The notes under the pieces were generated by a model, which was not told the DNA's origin, did no database searches, and saw only the letters and a program-made list of their open reading frames with translations. Of a stretch of 64,000 nucleotides of DNA, positions 51,846 through 64,000 are shown in pieces. Each line of letters opens with the position of its first letter. The first letter of the stretch is position 1. Source of the stretch: Octopus vulgaris (lineage: Eukaryota); the NCBI GenBank assembly GCA_951406725.2, contig OX597814.1:13578001-13642000 (forward strand), written 5' to 3'. Made by a program: the position numbers and the translations under genes.

Positions 51846-52336
51846 TGAAATAATGATGAAGCTAGTATTTACAAAACAAATTAACATGAAATTTTATTGG
51901 AAATTTAAATTTAGATTACCTACTAACACAAGATGGTCATTAAGAGATCGTTTAGGAGGTTTTATTACATTCACTGCATTCTCCTGTTAAAGAACATTCA
52001 TATTATCGCCGTTTGATCGCGTTGAAACAGATTTTCTGACGTTTAATTTATTTATTATTTCCTATGGAGGTGGTATTAAATTTCCTCAAGGATATATCTA
52101 GAACTATAACAAAATATTCTTGGAAGTAAATTTGCTATTAGCAATATATATACGTTCATGTAATGTGTATGTATATATATATATGTGTGTGTATGTATGT
52201 ACATATGTCGTATATAAACACACACACACACACATGTATGTATGTATGTATGTATGTATGTATGTATATATATATATTTCCTCCATTTACATAATACTGA
52301 GGTCTATTTCCTTCTTTTGTTATCTTACCGTTTTTA

Positions 52337-52398
<62 letters not shown>

Positions 52399-52940
52399 TT
52401 CTGTATAGGAATTTCACATTTTAAACGCAAACCTGGAAGCTGGTATGCAAATACAAATGGCCTATAAGAACACGATATTTCGTTACATAATCATGATATA
52501 CTCTAAAGCATATTAAACGTTTTTATAAGTGAATATCGCGTTGTACTGCGTTAGCTGAGCGCGTTAACTTTACTTGTTAGAGGTAATTCTACAGATATTC
52601 TATAGAAATATATCCAGCAGTGATTTTTGTTAGGCCGTTTCGTATACGAGACATCAGATGTAACTGTGCGAAGTTTCTTTCAGAGTGAGAAAGATCTCAT
52701 CTCCCATGTTCGCAAAACAACACAATCGATTTCTTTTATGCTTAATTTTGTTTGTCGTAAGCCTCTATACAAATATTCTAAAAGATGTAGGAATCATGGC
52801 GATTAAACACGCGCACGCACACACGAACACACATGCATAAACATACTCATATGTCGTGTGCATGTATGTATGTATGTATGTATGTATGTATGTATGTGTG
52901 TATGTATGTGTGTATGTATGTATTGTGTATGTATGTATGC

Positions 52941-53345
52941 TCTCTCTTTTTACTCTTTTACTTGTTTCAGTCATTTGACTGCGACCATGCTGGAGCACCG
53001 CCTTTAGTCGAGCAAATCGACCCCAGGACTTATTCTTTGTAAGCCCAGTACTTATTCTATTGGTCTCTTTTGCCGAGCCGCTAATTGACGGCGACGTAAA
53101 CACACCAGCATCGGTTGTCAAGCAATGCTAGGGGTACAAACACAGACACACAAACACACACATACATATATATACATATATAGGACAGGCCCCTTTCAGT
53201 TTCCGTCTACCAAATCCACTCACAAGGCATTGGTCGGCCCGGGGCTATAGTAGAAGACATTTGGCCAAGATGCCACGCAGTGGGACTGAACCCGGAACCA
53301 TGTGGTTTGTTAGCAAGCTACTTACCACACAGCCACTCCTGCGCC
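52941..53345 (-). mobile_element. SINE family A, full length
   Basis: Reverse complement is collinear with 684-1120, with a shorter internal microsatellite. Confidence 0.88.
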
Positions 53346-54699
53346 TATATGTATATGAATGTTATAATGTTTCATGTAGATATTTAGCGAGATTTATGTC
53401 AAATTGACTGCTTCACATCCTTTACTTTTTGTGTTCATACTTGTTCGGTCACGGTTTAGTATACTTTACCAATGATCTACAATAGTCTCATATTGATGTG
53501 CCACAGGCGAGGTAGCAGGCTGAATAAGTATACGGATGTACTCTCTTGAAAAATGTCAGTACCTTAGTGATCAGAGAAATTCTAATTTTTTATACACCAT
53601 ACTTCAGCGTAAAGTGCCACACCAAACATTATATGCATGTTAAAAGAAAACGAATACCTAAAAGTGAAATATATTTAATTCGAATCAACCCACTTCTCCA
53701 GAACAATGGAATTGTTGCAGCAGCATATTGGGAAAATGCTATTATAAACTAAATAATATCTATGTATGCTTGAAACTAAAATAGTTCATTCATGTCTTTG
53801 TTGCAAACATAAAAATAGCAGTTGTCAACTAATCAAAATAATAGCTATAAGAATACACACACTCAATATAAAATTTATTTTTAGTTGACTGTTCGTGTGG
53901 ATTATAATATATTGCAGAATTTTCATGGTAAATTCGTTTGTTGAACCAAAAGGATAACCTGTTCAACAACTACTGTCATAATTATGGGAGGAATAACAAC
54001 AACGGATTTGTGCTAGATTTTCCGACACTTCATAAATCTGATTTGTACGGGGTTCAGGGGGTTTGTGTGTGTGTATGTGTGTGCATTTGCTTGTGTGCGT
54101 GTATGTCTGTGTGTGTGTGTATGTCTTCTTGTGCGCGCACATATATATGCATGCACCCAGACATAAAGCTCTGGGTCATAGATTATTCTTTAAAATCCTT
54201 GTATATGTTTGTCTTCATTCGCAGACATTCTGCAATGTTCACGAAAACAACAGGACAGGTCCCTTACATTCGTATGTCCATCTGTTTTGGTGGGTTTTTT
54301 TAAATGTAAAATCGAGAAATGATGTCTTTAATTTGCATGTATTAGGATGTAATATTTTACTGAAAATCTGGTTGCTACATCTAGTAGATTGCGTGGCAAA
54401 GAGTTGACCATAACGTGTGCGCTGAAAGAATAGTCTTTGTAGTTGGGTTGAAGTTACTGATTAAATTTCCTTCCGCGCTTCAGATTTCTGTTGTTCGTAC
54501 ACCTGGGTCTCTGCTATACTTTAATTCTACTATTTAACGACTCGTCTCGTATCAGTTCTTGCTCATCAAATTTTCCTACAAGAAACTGTATTTCCGTCAC
54601 GTTTTCCTATTGACCTCTTAGTCCTTCTAGCGGCCTCACCCCTACCTTTTCCTGTTCTTCCTCATTTCTGGCAAATAATGGCGTACGAATTGAAGCAAC

Positions 54700-55330
54700 T
54701 CGCTGTCAATAGCTTTTAGACAAACTGGGGTTTCACGACATTCGACTTTTGCTGATGTCTACAGTCTGATTACAGAGATGACGTCATGCGTAAAACAGTG
54801 TGTACAGGTACCAGAAGAGCTTTGAAGAAAGGAGAACCAACAGTGAATCAAATGAAAAAGAGGGAGACTATGAACTAGTGGAGGAGCGAAGGGATACACA
54901 CGGGCAGATGAGTCATATTTCATTGTTGCACTGCCAGCATCTGTTCACTATGTATTTTAAATGATTCTGGTAATGTACAATGTGTGTAAAATGAATGTCT
55001 CCACACATAATAGAATATGAGGGAGTGAGATACAGGTGTTTGCTCCGATGTGCAGGAAACGTTTACACCCAGTGAAATTAAGTTTACTTTTTCCAAAATA
55101 ATGACAAGAAATGAAAGGTCACCGTATATTTATGATCCGGAAACGAAGTCTCATTTAATTGAAAGGTTTTTTCTCTTCATCTCCACAAATCCTATGATGT
55201 TTAAGAGCCAGCGGTCGGCTCTTAAATATCATAGTACACTAGCTCTTTTGGAAGATGGCAGATGTTTCATTCTCCTTGATTTTCCCAAACACGACAAAGC
55301 TATTTATGGCGTGTCATTCAGTCATCAAAA
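54700..55330 (+). mobile_element. Highly degraded mariner remnant
   Basis: TRNERSPYIYDPETKS resembles mariner TGDETWIYYYDPETK; boundaries approximate. Confidence 0.45.
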
Positions 55331-56577
55331 GAATGTTTATGTTCCACCAGGCGGAAGAAACCGTATAAGGATCTGAAAATTACCCACATCCAGCATGGTC
55401 ATTCGTTACCTTATACATCTGTTTTAAAAATAATGCAAACTGCAAATTGAGCAGACCGATGTCCCAGCAATCCACATGACAGTCGATTATAATGCTTCCA
55501 GGTGGTTGGTTAAATAACGAATTGTCATCACAGTGAACAATTTCATAACAGAGACATTATAAAATAAGTTGCAAATTGATCCCTTATGGAAAACAGGACA
55601 GTAACATAAACAACGGCCCTTCATTAATTGTCTATCTACTCTTCATTTTGAGCATTAATACATGTATATAGAGGGTGAAGTATTGTTTCATCACCTGAAA
55701 TTTGAGCCACATATTTATTAAAACAGTATGCATATTTTTGCTATTGCTTTCGGTGAAAGCCTTTTATTATGAACTATGCCTCATATGGCAAAGTTTAGCG
55801 ATAACAATGAAAGTCTTTCCATATAGATTTCAACACAACATTTACAAAATAAAATAAATATAGAAAATCTTGCGAGAAACGCCAATTGATTTCATCCCAT
55901 ATATCAGTGATACATACGTTTTAGCCATTGAGAGACAATACCAAAAAAATTCACCCAAGAGTGATATGAAAGAAGATAAAAATACTAATCGATAGATGTC
56001 TGGCCAAGAAGCACAGAGGAAAATTTTGCATTGAATGCAGAAGTTATTTTCTCATTCGACAAAAACAAAATGTTGCTTTCATTCGAAATATAACAAGTCG
56101 TGATGTTTTTCAGGAGCATAAGAAATTATACAAACCTAAAAATGACTTAGTTAAGAATAGAAACCTGTCTCTTTCACAGCATGCTGGAAATTACACTAAT
56201 CTATGCCAATCGTAGGCCACATGTCGAGTAAAATATGATGTTGCGTGAAACCAGTCGAAGATTTTATATCAGCAGATGTTTTCGGTGTACTTGTGCAACA
56301 TAATTCATTCTAAATGTTTCTCTGCAAAGTGGCGACTGACAAGTAGTATATATATGTGAATCTGAAAAGAGAAAAGACGTTCGATTTTTGTGATAGCATG
56401 TATATTTCTCACAATCTATATAATGAAATATTCGGACCTTACAACAAAAGTCGAATTTTGAAATCATTCTCTCAGAATGAAACAGCTGAAGTCTAGTTAT
56501 GTTAATACGTGCATTCACACGCTTATAGACACAAGTATATGAACACAGATCTGCGTATGTGAATATTAAATACAATA

Positions 56578-56619
<42 letters not shown>

Positions 56620-57504
56620 TGTGCGTGTGAATGTGTGTATATGTATACATGCAAAACAAGAGAAATCAAAAGGTGAAAACCTTCACGTGATAAATTTATA
56701 TGGAGAGATATACAGATATTTATAATAATAGGACCAACTTACAGAGTACAAATGACAGAGAAAATCAAAAGGATGGAAATTTATTATAAGTTCAACTGCT
56801 GTTTATCCATAATAATGTCGGCCGATTTAGGTCATCCCAAAATGCAGCCATATGGTCTCATTTAACTTGGGGTGAGTTAAGCCTTCATCATCAAGGTAGA
56901 GAAGATCTTACATTCCAAATTCTTATGCAGAGAAGTTCAAAGATGAAATCATATATACATATATACATATTTTGTATTTGATGTACATATATGTGTAGAA
57001 GGTTGAAAAATAACACACGAGTTGATATGCATAAGGAAAGTACAACAAGGTATGAGATTGACACAATAACAACATACCAATTAAAAAAAGCACATAGTAG
57101 CTCAATGGAACAAATCACACAGAGACAGAAAGTTCGCCTTTTGGAAGATGATCAAAATCAATAATAATAACCGATGTATACGAAAAATGGCTTAATTTGA
57201 CACTGTGAATTCTACCACGCAAACTCCAGATCAACGCCATTATAGATAAACCTGACACATAAAACCCCTGAAGGAAAGAATGGTTCGGGAAAAAAGGAAA
57301 AGGAAATTAGAACTTCTAAAATTTAGGGCTGAGGCAAATGAAGATAAGCTAAAATCCATGAATGAAGAGATCAACGAAGAAAGTGACAAAATGACTCAAG
57401 GCCCAGTGTTAGAGAAACCTCCAAACAATGGATATTATGTTATACATGTATGTATATTGTTATAATTGTCACTTTAGTAAATAAATAAATTAAAGACTTA
57501 AAGA

Positions 57505-57820
57505 CTCCGCCGTTTACGACGACGAGGGTCCCAGCTGATACGATCAACGGAACAGCTTGCTCGTGAAATTAACGTGCAAATGGCTGAGCATTCCACAGAC
57601 ACGTGTACCCTTAACGTAGTTCTCGGGGATAATCAGCGTGACACAGAGAGTGACAAGGCTGACCCTTTGAAATACAAGTACAACTCATTTTTGCCAGCTG
57701 AGTGGACTGGAGCAACGTGAAATAAAGTGTCTTGCTCAAGGACACAACGCGTCGCCGGGAATCGAACTCACAACCTTACGATCATGAGTCGAATGCCCTA
57801 ACCACTAAGCCACGCGCCCT
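57505..57820 (-). mobile_element. tRNA-derived SINE with CORE-like domain (family B-related)
   Basis: Minus strand reads GGGCGCGTGGCTTAGTGGTTAGGGC..GAGTTCGATTCCCGG..GTCCTTGAGCAAGACACTTTATTTCACGTTGCTCCAGTCCACTCAGCTG. Confidence 0.85.
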
Positions 57821-58072
57821 CACAAATAAATAAATAAATTGACATAATATAAAGTCTAAAAGTTGATGTATACCCCCTATTGATCCCCTCTATTTTCTTA
57901 TTGCTCTATAAATTATTGGTAAAACAACTATTTACTCTCACCCATTTATTACCATTTATTAGATCGGTAATCTAATTGCAATGCAATAAAAAAAGACATT
58001 TGTGTATTAATAATTGGGTATTTTACCAGCAGTATCCTTTAGTTGGTTGGATTCACAAACTCTAACTTTCTT

Positions 58073-58105
<33 letters not shown>

Positions 58106-58106
<1 letters not shown>

Positions 58107-59012
58107 GATAAGATCGTTATTTAAATAACGATCTTATCAGGTGGCCAGCATGGGAATAAAAAACTTCAAAGGTAATTATTATTATTAAAATTATAATTTA
58201 AGATATCTAAGAGATACCACTACGTTGGAAATAGCAGCCAAAATGTGACTCTAAAACCACATTAAATGTTCATACAGCACATGGAGAAAAGACAAAGAGA
58301 CAAAATAAACTAGCAAAAAATTACTGGGTGATTCTGGATCCCGGATTTCTGGCTCTGTATAAGACATGCTCTGTCTTCATCATTACGTGCTCGGAAAGCA
58401 CATAAATACAAATATATATTTATAGCATACTAATACTTACATATACGAACGTATACATGCATATATATGCACGCTTGCACACGACTAGTTTAAATTGCCT
58501 GCTTAAAACGTGTGTGATGTGGTCAAAATACCACTGCAGTGAATATAATGACGAAATAAATATATAAATGTATATGAATAAGGATAAGATCGTTAATTTG
58601 AATATCGATTTCATGAAGTGGCCAGCATGGGAATAAAAAACTTCAAAGGTAATTATTATGATTAAAATTATAATTTAGGGTATCTAGAGATACCAACACG
58701 CTGGAAATAGCAGCCCAAATTTGACTCTAAAACCACATTAAATGTTCATGCACCTGCAGAAGAGAAGACAGACAGACAAAATAAATTATAAAAAATATAT
58801 TAGTGGATAATTCAAGATCCCGGTTATCTGGCTCTGTATAAGAAATGCTCGCAGGGGGAGTTTTAGGCGGGCAATAGGTTCATATATATGTATGTATACG
58901 TTCGTATATGTAAGTATTCGTATGTTATAAATATATATTTGTATTTATGTGCTATCTGACTGTATTCCAATAATGAAGGCAGAGCATTTCTTATACAGAG
59001 CCAGAAATCCGG
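58106..59012. repeat. Diverged direct duplication (~58107-58386 and 58583-58850) plus a short inverted third copy (58971-59012)
   Basis: Shared GTGGCCAGCATGGGAATAAAAAACTTCAAAGG..CTGGCTCTGTATAAGA(C/A)ATGCTC. Confidence 0.85.
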
Positions 59013-62000
59013 TAAGCTGTTAATTTGAAGAAAATATGAGTATCGAACAACGAAAATACTGAGAATAATTGAAAGGATAATTGATATGTCTTGACAAGCC
59101 AAAACATTGAATGAACTTCTGGCGTTGTACCTAGTAATTTGAAAGAAAAATAACACCTTACGTATCATTGCGTATTGAACAATTCCAAGGTTGCACAAGA
59201 AATCTGCGATGAATATGAACACTCATTTGGACACAGAATTTTTTTTGCAATTGATTCTCCTGATAGATATTTTAAACAATTCTTTCCGAAATCACACTCT
59301 CCGTCTTCATATGTGGCAAATTTTATATAGTTTTTGATGCACTGTTTTAAAAAGAAAATAATAAGACTTAATGGCCGATTGCAATTGCATTGATAATGCA
59401 TTTTATATAAACCCATTAAGTTCAGGAATTCAGAGACAAATAATTATTGAAGATACGTTAAATGTACATGAACTCAACTGCCTTTCCAAACCTGATACAG
59501 AACACTGTATAACCGAATGATGCAATCATGAAATAAGTTACTGGGTTTCAATTAAATTACGAAATGATCTCAGAGAAATATGTTGTTAATGGATCATTCG
59601 AGAATTCGGAATATCAAGCTGCTATTTCAGCTATATTTGAGAATTGAGGTGCTTCTTAATAACTGTGATTTCCAAACGATGGCTTGCATCTACTTTCATC
59701 CATTTTCTTCAGCTCTCTTTAGCTCAGTTAATATATTTACTGCTAATTAAAAACTAAAACGGGTTTGAAAATTGTCGTGTTTGTTTATTCATGAAAGTTT
59801 ACAGATAGTACAACATTGTAGAAATTAAAAGTTTTTTCTTTCCACTTTCTAATTAGTTTCTACTATAAATAAATTACACTGTCTTATCTAAATTTTCATC
59901 ATGTATTTATAAACGAAGTTATCTTAGTTAAAGCACTATTAACTTTATCAAAACCGCCACAGTTTTAGGTTGTTGATATATTTTATAATTTAGTTTGAGC
60001 AGAGTCTACTGTTCACTTGTATATAAGATATTCTGATTTTGATGCTGTTCTCTTAAGGTTGAATACTTCTCTGTCGAATATCAACGTTGAACATTCGCTT
60101 TTAGTTCCGAAAGTTTGTTCAACTAATTCAGGACATCTAATTTCTTTGGGTCAAATAGGGCTGGAAAGCAAATGCATTTGATAAGATTTGGATGCTTTTA
60201 GAAAACATTTACTAAATTCAGTCAAATGAAATCATAATACGTAGCACTCGCTTGAATTTCTTCCGGTTATAGTTTCTGTTGAACTGGCTTTGAGTTGGGG
60301 TAAAAATAATGATAAATACGAATTTTCTTATGATTTTCGTCTTGTATACTTTGATTGCAAAATGTTACGATGTTTTTCTCTATTCAGGAGTGAAATTTAT
60401 GTAAACGAGGGATTTCAGAACTGCTACCAATAAACAGATATCGCAAAGAGCAGGCCTGCTCTGGGCATACTTCAGTGTGTGTCTAGATATTAGAGTCGAA
60501 TTTGGTATTTTCTTACTACAAAGATTTTAGTAGAATTAAGCTATTCTTGCTGCACGTGTACATACATAGAAATTTAATGGCCAGTACATTTCTTTGTTTT
60601 TCAAATTAGTATATCGCCGCTCGATTTTCTTTATTTCATTATTTGTATTAGGAGCGTAGTAAATATGTCACAATGCTTTTTAATCAGTACAACAAATATG
60701 ACATGTTAAATAATTACGAACATAACACCGCATCTTATTTCATTCAGTTTTCTGGTTCACTTAGGCATTGAAATTTAGACTACAATATATCAGTGCACCT
60801 TCTGTTTGTGTCGAAAGAAACTGCAATTAACTTGATGCTTTAGTGTTAACACGTGAGAGCGAAAATGATAGATGATATATGAAGTATTTTGCTCCATATT
60901 ATACAAAGTATAGACAAAGCTAAGTAATCTTCCAGATTACGTTCTGCTGTTGCCTTATATCATACATGATCAGGTAGAACTATTACGAAATGACTTTGAA
61001 TATTGAACAGCCAGTATTTTTTTTCAGTTTTAGTTTTTTACGCATCAGAAACTACACTTTATATGAATTTGTTTGTTAGAAATTCTGGAATATATCGATA
61101 TTCTTTTAAAGAGGAAAATGGACAAAAAGCTCTTCAGATTTTATTTTTATTTTAAGTCAAGTATTCTATCGTAATATTTACAGCTCAGAATATTTGAAAA
61201 GTTTTATATTTCAAGATATACGATTTTTACATATCTCTATTTCCTTTCTTGTTCCACCTTGTTTCTCATCTATTAATTTATCCTGTATGTATACAAATAC
61301 CGAAGAAGGTAAAAGCACTTGTCATCAATTTGAAAGGAATTACATTTTTGATAAGTATACTCAGTTCTTCTTTCTTAGTATTCATTGTTATGACAATTGA
61401 AGTGGAAGTTTCCGCTTTCATTATCACACTTTTGAGAACAATAAAAATGCATGAGCTCTTAAATTTCATTAGTTGGGAAGTTTTGATATATGTGAATAAT
61501 TATAATGATGGATCGTTACGAATCAGAGATCACAGTTAATATATTCAATATTTTCAAATTCCCCATATATTAGTGAGTTATATGTGTGTGCATGAATATG
61601 CATATCTTAAATTATGTCATTGAAGTATTTGAAACATTTTACAGGAAGTCTCAGTTCTACAACGAGCCAATAGTATCTATGTTTATAATAATTCATATGC
61701 CATGTTTAACTGATTATGAAGTATTTATGCTTTACATTGTAAGTAAGTCGTAGCTTCAAATGTAGAGATCTATATAATTAGCACTATCTGTGGGAAAGAA
61801 GCCAGTTGCTTGGAACTATTCCAAGCATCGTAAATTCTCAAAGATGCTCAAGGAATGAAGTGCCGAAGAAGTCAATTTGATCAGCTTTCGCTAAACTATA
61901 CCAACTGATGTTTTGGCAAAAGTTTAACAGTTTAATGATCATTATTATTCTTTCACTCCATTATTTTCTTGCATGATTTCCTAGGAGCAAAGAGATACTT

Positions 62001-62559
62001 CTAGTGCACGTAGAATATTCTCTATATCTGTGTTGTTTTCTAGGTTAGCTAAAGTAGTTTGTGAATGTCATATGTGAGATATTTCATATTGTGTTATTGT
62101 TGCCTGTGTTGAGTTGGGACGGAACCTGCGTATTCCAATTATTCGTGACAGCTTCGGTAAATTTTCAGATACAGAAAGTTCTCTTTCGCGTTCAGATTTC
62201 TTCCATCCTTTGTTCTATTTGACAGATATTATGATATATTCATGTCTATAAATAGAAGGGAATATTTCGCTATAAATATTGTTTAATGAAGAAGTAACGA
62301 GATAATTATGGTTAATCTTTCATATGGCCATGCATCATTTGAATCATACTTTGGAGATTTAACAACATCGTCATCACTTCTAGTCTAAGTACCACGAAAT
62401 ATCTCACGCATAAATACATACACCCATACATAAGTTAGAAAGAATAAGTAAATGAATACAAATTGAACCGGTGAGTGAGTTAAGTATAATAAGGCACTAA
62501 ATGAGAATAAATCTCCCTAACACAATATATATGTATATAATAATGTATATATATATATG

Positions 62560-63920
<1,361 letters not shown>

Positions 63921-64000
63921 GCACTTACATTTGTAAAACACATAAATGTTTTTCAATAAATTTATTTACATATAGGCCAAAGTAATACATATATATACAT

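Noticed and set aside
57740-57820. tRNA gene (also SINE heads at ~684 and ~15630)
   Set aside because: The tRNA-like A/B boxes run directly into SINE bodies, with no convincing complete cloverleaf or terminator.

Overview
AT-rich, microsatellite-dense eukaryotic non-genic DNA. The SINE families and the density of (TA)n/(TG)n/(TCTA)n repeats suggest an Octopus (cephalopod) genome, which is an inference. No host protein-coding gene can be supported. The window is a patchwork of mobile elements: several Penelope-like elements (PLEs), one nearly intact (RT + GIY-YIG, ~5.99-11.18 kb); decayed R4/Dong, CR1 and Tx1/L1 LINEs; three tRNA-derived SINE families; Tc1/mariner, Tigger-like and Chapaev3-like DNA transposons; and several foldback palindromes. 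The most interesting signal is a set of minimal hammerhead-ribozyme-like motifs in the terminal repeats of apparently unrelated PLE families. Their catalytic core co-varies at the 3-8 base pair (U3-A8 at three loci, G3-C8 at one, C3-G8 at one), so a CUGANGA search would miss them. One locus is an ORF-less ~320-bp palindrome with a motif on each arm. A Tx1-clade LINE is also inserted in a (TCTA)n array with a 14-bp target-site duplication. All structures were read by eye; none has been computed or tested.
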